Shown here: positions 22,258 to 31,962 of the stretch, piece by piece
Layout of the letters: every line of letters starts with the position of its first letter
How positions within the stretch are numbered: position 1 is the first letter of the stretch
Position numbers and translations under genes: made by a program
Source: Calditerrivibrio sp.
Lineage (GTDB): Bacteria; Chrysiogenota; Deferribacteres; Deferribacterales; Calditerrivibrionaceae
Assembly: GCA_026415135.1 (NCBI GenBank)
Contig: JAOAHS010000006.1
Span: forward strand, 29,779 to 93,778
Direction: 5' to 3'
DNA: 64,000 nt
The notes under the pieces: model-generated
Told to the model about the DNA's origin: nothing
The model's input: only the letters and a program-made list of their open reading frames with translations
Database searches by the model: none

Positions 22258-22830
22258 ATGCTGGAGAAAGTTAACACCCTTTCAGGTCTAATTAAATATC
22301 CTAACCCAGATTCTGAGCAACTTATTTTATTAGACATTTTAGGTTATACTGTGAATATAATGGATAAAGACTTAAATATTTTATACTGTAATTGGAAGGA
22401 TCTTGATTTTATACCTATAGGAAGACGTCTTTTGGGGGAAAAGTGTTATAGGGTTATTAGGGGACGTGATACAATTTGTGAAGATTGTTTTGTTAGTAAA
22501 TATCATAGGTATCAGTCTATTATAAAATTTATTAAGAAGAGTCCAGTTGATGGAAAGTACAGGGAGTTTAATATTTTAATAATAAGGGATAGGGAAGATA
22601 TTTTGGGTTATATTCAGCTTATAAAAGTTTGTACAGAATTTATAGAATATCAAAAATTAAATTTGAAGCCAATTTCCATCTGCTCCAAATGCAAAAAAAT
22701 AAGGGATAATGAGAATTGGATGTATTTTGAAAATTATTTTCAAAAAGTAGGTATCATGTTTAGCCACGGGATCTGTTCAGATTGTTTTAAGGATTTATAT
22801 CCTCAATATGTTGATAAGATTAAGAGATAA
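22258..22830 (+). CDS. Cysteine-motif PAS-like sensor domain protein with C-terminal CxxC-x27-CxxC zinc-ribbon-like tail (190 aa)
   Basis: PAS-like core with KCYRVIRGRDTICEDC (same motif as PAS domains at 47.6 and 48.6 kb); C-terminal ICSKCKKIRDNENW...FSHGICSDC. Confidence 0.5.
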   Translation: MLEKVNTLSGLIKYPNPDSEQLILLDILGYTVNIMDKDLNILYCNWKDLDFIPIGRRLLGEKCYRVIRGRDTICEDCFVSKYHRYQSIIKFIKKSPVDGKYREFNILIIRDREDILGYIQLIKVCTEFIEYQKLNLKPISICSKCKKIRDNENWMYFENYFQKVGIMFSHGICSDCFKDLYPQYVDKIKR

Positions 22831-22854
22831 TATTTAAAAATTTGTAAACTTTAT

Positions 22855-22882
22855 TTGACATATCACAAATACCTTTTACAAT
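22855..22882 (+). promoter_or_regulatory. Strong sigma70-like promoter (TTGACA-16-TACAAT) for the 939-aa secreted protein gene
   Basis: TTGACA 22855-22860, 16-nt spacer, TACAAT 22877-22882; leaves a ~115-nt leader. Confidence 0.45.
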
Positions 22883-23002
22883 TAAATTAGAGGAGATAAT
22901 TTTATAGCCCTAACATCATGTCATGCTACATAATGTCCCGGACTATTTTAATCCTCCTTAAAAGCTTTTCGAACTGATATTTAAACAGTAAAGGAGGTTT
23001 GT

Positions 23003-25822
23003 ATGTTTATACTTTATAGGCTGTTAGTATCAGTGGTTTTTTTGTTTATTTTGATTAATTCAGATTTTTCAATGGCAAAAACATTGGACATTTCTCCAAA
23101 TTTTAATCCCATAGCCATAAAGACGCTAAAAAACATAGGGCCAACAGACTTACCTGAGATCTCCCTAAGGGCAAGAGAGAGTGGCATAAAGCCAGTCTCA
23201 CTAAAAAATGTTAATCTAAAATTAAAAGAAAAAGTTAATTGGCTCACAGACGATCAAACCAAGATTATAAGGGAGAATACAGAAAATGGTAAAATTAATG
23301 GAAGATTGGTACCTTTTGTTCAGCCTGGAGAGATTTATGCAGATCCCTATTCTTTATTGGCAATGAAGTTCATCGTTGGTGATGATGGTTATTATATTGT
23401 TATGGAAGCCGATGATGATATTGTGGAAGATATAACAATAGCCGAGCAAAAACTGTTTCTCAACGACGCAAATATTGTAAAGCTTGCTCCTGGAATAAAA
23501 GCTGTTTCTTTGGGGAAAAAATCAACTACATTTCAAGGGACAGGTTTTGCTTTTTATTTTGATGAACAGAAAAAACTTCCAGGTTATGATAAAGAAGGAA
23601 AGCTTGTGGAAGTGGCTCTTAAAGGATTTATTATAGTTGATGCACCTTCCGTTGAAGTAAAATATTCTAAAAACAGTGGCTATAAATTTATATTCATTAC
23701 ATCCCAAAATGCACAGGTAGATGTTAAATTTCATGCTGACTTAGAAAAAGATGTTAAAATACCACTATATGAATACAGTATTCCTGCTGATGGGTGTAAG
23801 GTTGGGATTGGGTTTTATCTTGTTATTGGTGTTGATGGTTCGATTACCTTTGCCTATGCCATAACTCAAAATGCTTCTTTAAAGGCTGGTTTATATGGGG
23901 ATACAGCATATTTTATCCCAACAAGTTTTAATACAGTAAAAGATTTTGATTTCAAGGTGAATGCTGATAATGTTTCCTTATCTGCTAATCTAAAAGGTGA
24001 GGCGAGTATCTTGGCTGAGGTGATTTTTGAAGTGATAAACAAAGGTAAAATAGTTTTAGATAATAAGATAGGGCTATTGTTAGATGTTAAATCCAATGTT
24101 AAAGGAGCAACAGGTGATTTTTTAAGCATAAAAGGGGATGGTTTCATGAAAGTTACTGGCAAAGTCAAAATAAAATCTTTCGATAAAAGCAAGGATCTGT
24201 ATGAATATAAATATCCTCTTTTTAGTTACATAAAAGAAAGAACCAGTCGATATAGTATTTCCCTTACTGATGTATGCGCTTACACTGATACTATAAAAGG
24301 GCAGATAATAGAAGGTTTACATCCATACGCAGATAAAGATGTAAGTATCAAAATTACTACTAGTGCTGGTGAAGAACGTTTGATAAATGGAAAAACTGAT
24401 AAAAATGGTAATTTTAGATTTTCGTTTGATCTAAGAAAAGGTGATTATGTTAGTGTAAAGATTCCTGGTACTACCAATAATTTCTCCGAATCTAAAGAAG
24501 CAACATTTCCATATGATCAAGTATTTATAGAAAAGGTGGATTTTATCCAAAATGTTGTTAAGGGTTATGTGAATGCAGCTGACGGAGTTCCAAAGTATAA
24601 TGGATCTATTTCTGTTGTTGTAGAAAGAACAAATAATATCCCTATCCATGCAACAGAAAATGTATCCATCCCTATTTCGTATCCTATAAAATTTCAGGCT
24701 CAAGTGATCAATGGGGTATTTCTTTTTTCTAATTATGATATAAGACCTTTTGATAAAGTATATGCAATTTTAGAAAAAGAGGGGTTTGTTGTATCCAGCA
24801 ATAAAAAAGAATCTGAAGGTATTGATGTGGCGATAGATGGTAGGTATTTACAAGAAGATGACAAGCTCAGTTCCCAAAACAGTTCAGTTATATTTAGCTA
24901 TGAAGGAACATCTGCACCTTCTATAATTAGTCCTTATTACTTTGTTATAATAGATCATCCTTATGGGAAAAAATCAACTGAAACCAAACAAATAAAAGAA
25001 TTTAGACTGAATACTAAACCTGTTCAGGGTTTTAAACAAATAGTATCTGATACTGGACCCTGGGAGATGGAGATAGGTGGTTATGTGGAACAACTAACCA
25101 CTTCTTTTGAAAAATTCAAAGGGAACTTTTCAAATACATCTGGTAATATAGATTATAGAGTAATAGAGTCGGTTACCTTTTTCACCGAAGGGAAAAAGTT
25201 TGAACATACTAACATAGCTAAGCTGTCTGACGAAGACCGGAAAAAGAGTATATCGGGATATATTAATAAAGATAATCTTTTTTACGATAAAAAAGTTTTT
25301 GTTCACAAAGAAAATATTAATACAAAAGAGCCTTTTGTTAATGTGGCTCCAGTCTCTATCAAAAACTTTACAGCAGATGTTAGTGTAAACTACTACAATC
25401 CAGCCACAAATACTAAACCTACATATAGTAGAGCTTTTAAGGTTTCAATCTACAATGATATGCAGAAATTGGATGCAGGTGGTATGGATCCTGTCATAAT
25501 ATGGGATAAAAAAAATAAGCTTAAGACTGTAAAGTACATAGAATTTAAAAGGGATGAGATTGATAGGTATGATCTTGATGATTTTATTCATGAACTGAAA
25601 GATGTCAAGTTCGATCTAAAGTCCAACCTGGTAGCTGTAAATGGTGTATTGTGTTATACTTGGGAAAAGTCCCTGAAAACAAACCAACCAACTAATAGCA
25701 AGTTAGAGGTTTTCGTAGCTAAAGAAACCAATTTACCAGTAAAAGTTATCTTCTACGATGGTAATTTGCAGAGGATAGAGTTAAACTTTTCTAACTGGCA
25801 AAGGGTTGTTGAAAAAATATAA
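23003..25822 (+). CDS. Large secreted beta-rich protein of unknown function (939 aa)
   Basis: Signal peptide MFILYRLLVSVVFLFILINSDFSMA; strong SD AAGGAGG; internal transthyretin/CarboxypepD_reg-like segment (KTDKNGNFRFSFDLRKGDYVSVKIPG); no catalytic motifs recognised. Confidence 0.7.
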   Translation: MFILYRLLVSVVFLFILINSDFSMAKTLDISPNFNPIAIKTLKNIGPTDLPEISLRARESGIKPVSLKNVNLKLKEKVNWLTDDQTKIIRENTENGKINGRLVPFVQPGEIYADPYSLLAMKFIVGDDGYYIVMEADDDIVEDITIAEQKLFLNDANIVKLAPGIKAVSLGKKSTTFQGTGFAFYFDEQKKLPGYDKEGKLVEVALKGFIIVDAPSVEVKYSKNSGYKFIFITSQNAQVDVKFHADLEKDVKIPLYEYSIPADGCKVGIGFYLVIGVDGSITFAYAITQNASLKAGLYGDTAYFIPTSFNTVKDFDFKVNADNVSLSANLKGEASILAEVIFEVINKGKIVLDNKIGLLLDVKSNVKGATGDFLSIKGDGFMKVTGKVKIKSFDKSKDLYEYKYPLFSYIKERTSRYSISLTDVCAYTDTIKGQIIEGLHPYADKDVSIKITTSAGEERLINGKTDKNGNFRFSFDLRKGDYVSVKIPGTTNNFSESKEATFPYDQVFIEKVDFIQNVVKGYVNAADGVPKYNGSISVVVERTNNIPIHATENVSIPISYPIKFQAQVINGVFLFSNYDIRPFDKVYAILEKEGFVVSSNKKESEGIDVAIDGRYLQEDDKLSSQNSSVIFSYEGTSAPSIISPYYFVIIDHPYGKKSTETKQIKEFRLNTKPVQGFKQIVSDTGPWEMEIGGYVEQLTTSFEKFKGNFSNTSGNIDYRVIESVTFFTEGKKFEHTNIAKLSDEDRKKSISGYINKDNLFYDKKVFVHKENINTKEPFVNVAPVSIKNFTADVSVNYYNPATNTKPTYSRAFKVSIYNDMQKLDAGGMDPVIIWDKKNKLKTVKYIEFKRDEIDRYDLDDFIHELKDVKFDLKSNLVAVNGVLCYTWEKSLKTNQPTNSKLEVFVAKETNLPVKVIFYDGNLQRIELNFSNWQRVVEKI

Positions 25823-25866
25823 AAATGTTAATATATTTATGCTGAGAAAATTTTTACTTAAGAGGT

Positions 25867-26322
25867 ATGAAAATGAAAGTACTAAACATCAAATGGCAGC
25901 GCCTATTATCTGAAGGAGAGACATGTCCCAGATGTGCATTAACAGAACAAGAAATAAAGGAAGCTATTTCCGTACTCAAGGAATCTCTTTTGCCATTGGG
26001 TGTAGATGTTGTTCTGCAAAAGGGTGAAATCTCTTTAGAGGATTTCGAAAGGGATCCGCTAAGATCTAATCAAATTTGGCTCAACGAGAGACTCTTAGAG
26101 GATTGGCTTGGAGGAACATTCGGACAAAGTCCATGTTGTGATGTATGTGGACCTGCTGAGTGTAGAACCGTTGAAATAGATGGTTATGTTTATGAGTCGA
26201 TACCAGCAGAACTTATAATTAAAGCTGGGCTTTTTGCAGCTTCACACATAATAGCTAAAGGAGAAAAGGGACAATGTTGTGAAATAAATGTTCCTAAAAG
26301 ACCAAATAGAAGTTGCTGTTAA
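25867..26322 (+). CDS. Small cytoplasmic cysteine-rich protein (151 aa; possibly DUF2703-like), putative metal/redox binding
   Basis: 12 Cys: CPRC, CCDVCGPAEC, QCCE, RSCC-end (three vicinal CC pairs); SD AAGAGGT. Confidence 0.6.
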   Translation: MKMKVLNIKWQRLLSEGETCPRCALTEQEIKEAISVLKESLLPLGVDVVLQKGEISLEDFERDPLRSNQIWLNERLLEDWLGGTFGQSPCCDVCGPAECRTVEIDGYVYESIPAELIIKAGLFAASHIIAKGEKGQCCEINVPKRPNRSCC

Positions 26323-26340
26323 TAGAGATATTTAAAAGTA

Positions 26341-26414
26341 TCGGGGCGGAGGGATTTGAACCCCCGACCCTCGGTTCCCAAGACCGATGCGCTACCAAGC
26401 TGCGCTACGCCCCG
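26341..26414 (-). tRNA. tRNA-Pro (anticodon TGG)
   Basis: Revcomp CGGGGCG-TA-GCGC-AGCTTGGTA-GCGC-A-TCGGT-CTTGGGA-ACCGA-GGGTC-GGGGG-TTCAAAT-CCCTC-CGCCCCG-A; loop CUUGGGA gives anticodon UGG with G37. Confidence 0.85.
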
Positions 26415-26425
26415 AAGGAAGCAAA

Positions 26426-26454
26426 CTTATATTATAATTTCCATTTTATGTCAA
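26426..26454 (-). promoter_or_regulatory. Sigma70-like promoter for tRNA-Pro(TGG): TTGACA-17-TATAAG
   Basis: On minus strand TTGACA (revcomp 26449-26454), 17-nt spacer, TATAAG (revcomp 26426-26431), 11 nt before mature tRNA 5' end. Confidence 0.4.
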
Positions 26455-26503
26455 CTAAAATTTTACTTTTTGAATTTTATTAAAACTACATGGTAGATAT
26501 GTA

Positions 26504-27184
26504 TTATTTATGAAAAATTGTGCCTTTTTGGAAACTATCTGGTAGATTTTCTATCTCTAAATACTTAAACCCAATATTTCTGAATTCTTCCCTTATTTTT
26601 TTACTACAGGCATAAGTTGTTATAACACCATCATCCTTTAAAATATCATAAAGCTTATTTATGACATCTCTGCTCCACATTTCTGAGTTTTTATTTTTGC
26701 TAAAGGGATCGAAATATATAACATCATATGAATCTGTTTCTTTTAAAATTTCTGTCACTGCATCACCATATCTTAGGTCAAAGTAATATTTATCGTATTC
26801 ACCATTTTTAATTAACTTTTTTAAGATTTTAAATCCATTGACTGGCCACAGAATCTCAAGATTATAAACGATATTTATTAGTTCTTTATCTTTTTCAAGG
26901 GAGACAATATGGAGTCTGTTTTTGAGATCAAGAGTTTTCTCTATAGTTACTGCGATATTATAACCTAACCCAAATCCTATGTCTAAGAGTTTTATCGATT
27001 TTTTTAACAATTTCTCCCTGATTCCAGAGGCTAATACATATTTGTACAGACTTTCTGTGTAAGCTCCTATCGATTTTGCATGGTAAGCTTCCTCATAGGT
27101 GAGGTTGTAAAAGGATATGGATCCATCAGCAGTAGCAAAAAGTTTTTTATCATTTAATAATGGGACTAAATTGGGCATTTTCAA
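26504..27184 (-). CDS. mnmC: Standalone MnmC2-like tRNA (mnm5s2U34) methyltransferase domain protein
   Basis: Alignable by eye to E. coli MnmC N-terminal domain: LLDIGFGLGYN (cf. ESGFGTGLNFL) and DVIYFDPFSKNKNSEMWSRDV...DGVITTYACS (cf. [22 protein letters not shown]...GGTLATFTSAG). Confidence 0.7.
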   Translation of the reverse strand: MKMPNLVPLLNDKKLFATADGSISFYNLTYEEAYHAKSIGAYTESLYKYVLASGIREKLLKKSIKLLDIGFGLGYNIAVTIEKTLDLKNRLHIVSLEKDKELINIVYNLEILWPVNGFKILKKLIKNGEYDKYYFDLRYGDAVTEILKETDSYDVIYFDPFSKNKNSEMWSRDVINKLYDILKDDGVITTYACSKKIREEFRNIGFKYLEIENLPDSFQKGTIFHK

Positions 27185-28709
27185 AGATTATGTGCCAGCT
27201 TTCTCCAATCTTCTCTGGGTAATCATCCCTGTAATGGGCTCCCTTGCAACCTTTTCTTTCAAGTGCAGCAGTAGTTAACAAAATAGAAACAGTGATAATG
27301 TTTTTGAGCTCACCACATTTCCTTGATAAGGGGGTCTTATTTTCTATATCTTTTAAAACAGAGGTTAAATATTCTAAGCAGGTTTTTAATGATTTTTCAT
27401 TTCTCACGATACTTGCATTTTTCCACATGATTTCCTGTACATTTTCGTATATTAGTTCTACATCTTTAGGATCGATGTAACTATTTACTTTATAATCCAC
27501 TTTTATAATATCACATGATTTGGTATCGATAATTGCAGCTTTTGCACTTCTTCCACCAAATACCACACCTTCAAGAAGGGAGTTACTTGCTAGTCTATTA
27601 GCACCATGAACGCCTGTACAGGCAACCTCACCGCAAGCGTATAGATTTTCTATATTAGTTCTACCCCAAATATCTGTACTTACTCCACCCATATAATAAT
27701 GGGCTGCAGGGCTAACTGGTACCAGCTCTTTTGTTATATCAATACCATAATTGAGGCATGTATTATATATCTTGGGAAATCTATTTATAACGAATTCTTT
27801 GTCAAGGTGGGTCAAATCCATATAAACGAATTCTGAGTCTGTTTTCATCATTTCAAAAAATATACTTCTACTCACTATGTCCCTTGGTGCCAGTTCTGCC
27901 ATAGGGTGATAATTGTGACAAAACCTTTTCCCATGAATGTTTCTTAAAACAGCCCCTTCACCCCTCATCGATTCGCTTAACAAGAAAGCTGGAGTATTTT
28001 TTAGATGAAGCGCAGTGGGATGAAACTGGAAGAACTCCATATCTTTTATAGTCGCTCTTGCTCTAAAAGCTATAGCTATACCATCACCTGTGGACACTTC
28101 GGGATTTGTTGTCCTCTTGAAGATTCTACCTGCACCACCAGTGGCTAGTATTATTGCTTTAGAGTAGTAAAACTCCTGTTCGTTATTAAGCTCATTAATG
28201 ACAAAAACGCCGTAGACCTTATTGTTTTGAGTTATAAGGTCTACAGCGAAATGATTATCAAGTTTGTCTATATTACCTACCTTTGAAACAGCCTCTTTTA
28301 GAGCTCTTACGATCTCATGCCCTGTGGCATCACCTCTGGCATGAATGATTCTATTTACACTATGGGCTGCTTCACGGGTGAAGTCAAAATGATCACCATG
28401 CATGTCAAACTTTGCTCCGTATGCTATAAGCTCTCTTATGTACTTAGGTCCTTCTTCTACAAGGGTTAACACGGCGTTTTTATCACACAACCCATCTCCA
28501 GCATTTATAGTGTCTTCATAATGAAGAAAGATATCATCATCATCTGAGAGAACCACAGCAACACCACCTTGTGCATACTCTGTGCTACCTTCACCAAGAA
28601 TAGACTTTGTAATTATTGCTACAGTTCCATGTTTCGATAGCTCCAGTGCAGCCCTAAGTCCAGCTACTCCAGAACCTAAGACTATATAGTCATAGGAGTC
28701 TATTTTCAT
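27150..28709 (-). CDS. nadB: L-aspartate oxidase-like FAD flavoprotein (NadB/SdhA family)
   Basis: YDYIVLGSGVAGLRAAL FAD fold, RGEGAVLRN, FQFHPTAL, HYYMGGV; 519 aa fits NadB better than SdhA; 3' end overlaps mnmC2-like start by 35 nt. Confidence 0.7.
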   Translation of the reverse strand: MKIDSYDYIVLGSGVAGLRAALELSKHGTVAIITKSILGEGSTEYAQGGVAVVLSDDDDIFLHYEDTINAGDGLCDKNAVLTLVEEGPKYIRELIAYGAKFDMHGDHFDFTREAAHSVNRIIHARGDATGHEIVRALKEAVSKVGNIDKLDNHFAVDLITQNNKVYGVFVINELNNEQEFYYSKAIILATGGAGRIFKRTTNPEVSTGDGIAIAFRARATIKDMEFFQFHPTALHLKNTPAFLLSESMRGEGAVLRNIHGKRFCHNYHPMAELAPRDIVSRSIFFEMMKTDSEFVYMDLTHLDKEFVINRFPKIYNTCLNYGIDITKELVPVSPAAHYYMGGVSTDIWGRTNIENLYACGEVACTGVHGANRLASNSLLEGVVFGGRSAKAAIIDTKSCDIIKVDYKVNSYIDPKDVELIYENVQEIMWKNASIVRNEKSLKTCLEYLTSVLKDIENKTPLSRKCGELKNIITVSILLTTAALERKGCKGAHYRDDYPEKIGESWHIIFENAQFSPIIK

Positions 28710-28710
28710 C

Positions 28711-29436
28711 CTACCACCTAATACCGAATTTCAAACCTAATTGATTAGCATGTCCAACACTGCCTTCGACAGTAAAATTCAAGAATGGAAATGGTGTAAT
28801 AGAAACCCCTGCAAAAGCTCTGTAGATCATTTCATGCACATCATCTAAAGCGACATACTTTGAGCTTTCAGAAGCATTCACCCTAAGGGCAGTTACTCCT
28901 GCATAGGGTGTCAAAAAAAGTATACCTTTGCTGATTGATATATCAAGCTGTTGTGTATTTATATCAAGTTCATCCACACCTTCAAGTTTTGAAAAGGCAC
29001 CTCTTATGGCAAGAGCAGGGGTTAATGGTGTTCCACTTAGAATAGCATATTTAAGTTCAATACCCCAAAGCTGTATATCTGAACCTGGTACCTTTGAGTA
29101 CATAGCTCCTATATCAAAACCCATAGGCAAACCTTTCATGGCGTGTAATCTTGGAACAGGTATCACAGGGAATACATCTTCGTTTTTAAAAGCTTTTTTC
29201 CAATAGTCTTTATTGTCATCGATTTTTGTAAAAGTGATCTCTGCGCTAATATCAAAGCCTGTGATGCCAAGTGGTTCTGCTGGTGCCATAGGATTAAAAG
29301 CCAATGCTACACCAAAGTCTTTGGCCAGATCCTTAAACATCTGATTGGTATAACCTGGTTGAAATTCAATCTCTTTTGCTACCAGTGGAATTGAGAAAAG
29401 TGTGAAAAGTAAAAGTGTGAAAACTATTTTCTTCAT
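28711..29436 (-). CDS. Outer-membrane beta-barrel protein (241 aa)
   Basis: Signal peptide MKKIVFTLLLFTLFSIPLVA, alternating amphipathic strands, C-terminal ...GLKFGIRW aromatic terminus typical of OMP barrels. Confidence 0.6.
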   Translation of the reverse strand: MKKIVFTLLLFTLFSIPLVAKEIEFQPGYTNQMFKDLAKDFGVALAFNPMAPAEPLGITGFDISAEITFTKIDDNKDYWKKAFKNEDVFPVIPVPRLHAMKGLPMGFDIGAMYSKVPGSDIQLWGIELKYAILSGTPLTPALAIRGAFSKLEGVDELDINTQQLDISISKGILFLTPYAGVTALRVNASESSKYVALDDVHEMIYRAFAGVSITPFPFLNFTVEGSVGHANQLGLKFGIRW

Positions 29437-29446
29437 AGCTACCCCC

Positions 29447-30550
29447 TTATTTTATTTTAAAAGAGTCAGGGAGATGGAATTCATTTTTTGTTCTGCTGAA
29501 ATACCCCATTTTGACCCTTTTATTCTTCTTTTTAATATATTTGAGCATATTTTTCAATCCAAATATTTCTGTATTTTCTATCTTGTTTTCAGCAAAAAAG
29601 ATATCCTGATTTGTTTTAAGTTCCCTTAATTTGATATAATCTATTTTAAAAGTTGATATAAATTCTAGAGTTTTCTCATATTCTTTTACAGTATCTGTAA
29701 AACCAGGCAATGTTAATAAGTTTACGGATATGTATAAATTCTGTTTTTCAGCGAATTCAAATAGTTTGGTGAATATTTCAAAAGATATCCCCTTTTTGGC
29801 GAGGTAATCTGGGTTAAAAGAATCGACATCAAAGCTTATGGAGTCTATATATTCACTTAAAGAGCTTTTGAATTTTTCCATAGAAAAGGTTTTTATGTTC
29901 AAATTTAATGTTATGGTATCATTTTTTTCCTGTTTTATCATTTCAATGGTTTTGCTGTCTAAATCATATTTCAATGTGATTACAAAAGATAATTGTAAGT
30001 CCGATATGGTTCTAATAAAGTGAAACGTTGCTTCAAGCTCTTTATGGTTTTTGACAATTATTTCGCAATTTGTTAGATAATCTAACATATACTGTTTGTT
30101 TAAGAATGAATATATATTCTCATGTTGAATAATACTAAAAATCTTCTTTTTGTTCTTTTCGTTTATGATATTTTTCTTTTCAATCAATATTGCAGGAACA
30201 ACAAACCTATCATCCATCCAACCAACAGGAGTCAAGTGTGATGAGATGAGGTTGTTATCATTAGTATTTTTTTTGTAGGCTGGCAGTAATGTCCTGAGGT
30301 ATCCTTTGGGTAATTCAACAGACACAGGAAAACCGCCGGAAAATTCAATGATTTTTGCTTGCATCTGATCGTAAGAGTAGGGGATGGCGTCTGGTATTGC
30401 TATTAATTTGCAGTTTTCTGGTAATGGTATCATCTCTAACTCATAGGGAACAATATTATAACTACCTGTTCTGAATACAGATTTAAGCACAGGGTGTTCG
30501 TAGACTACACCATTTTTATCAGAAAATACTAAATTTGGTATATTGTACAT
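29447..30550 (-). CDS. Hypothetical protein (367 aa), no recognisable family
   Basis: First gene of the 30550->26504 minus-strand operon; no signal peptide, only 2 Cys, no known motifs. Confidence 0.5.
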   Translation of the reverse strand: MYNIPNLVFSDKNGVVYEHPVLKSVFRTGSYNIVPYELEMIPLPENCKLIAIPDAIPYSYDQMQAKIIEFSGGFPVSVELPKGYLRTLLPAYKKNTNDNNLISSHLTPVGWMDDRFVVPAILIEKKNIINEKNKKKIFSIIQHENIYSFLNKQYMLDYLTNCEIIVKNHKELEATFHFIRTISDLQLSFVITLKYDLDSKTIEMIKQEKNDTITLNLNIKTFSMEKFKSSLSEYIDSISFDVDSFNPDYLAKKGISFEIFTKLFEFAEKQNLYISVNLLTLPGFTDTVKEYEKTLEFISTFKIDYIKLRELKTNQDIFFAENKIENTEIFGLKNMLKYIKKKNKRVKMGYFSRTKNEFHLPDSFKIK

Positions 30551-30597
30551 GTCGCTTCCTTAATATTTTGATCAGATTTTATATTGTGTTTTTTTAA

Positions 30598-31929
<1,332 letters not shown>

Positions 31930-31962
31930 AAAGGGAGCGAATCTCCCTTTTCTTCTTATTTG
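31930..31962 (+). terminator. Intrinsic terminator after eno
   Basis: AAAGGGAG-cgaau-CUCCCUUU hairpin followed by UCUUCUUAUUUG. Confidence 0.5.

Noticed and set aside
27150-28709. Calling the 519-aa flavoprotein succinate dehydrogenase/fumarate reductase subunit A
   Set aside because: Its length (519 aa versus ~580-600 for SdhA) and the absence of adjacent sdhB/C genes favour L-aspartate oxidase. The exact assignment remains untested (see finding).
29399-29422. Direct repeat AGTGTGAAAA(G) x2
   Set aside because: It lies inside the signal-peptide coding region of the OMP gene and encodes the hydrophobic FTLF/FTLL repeat. It is a codon-level coincidence, not a regulatory or mobile repeat.
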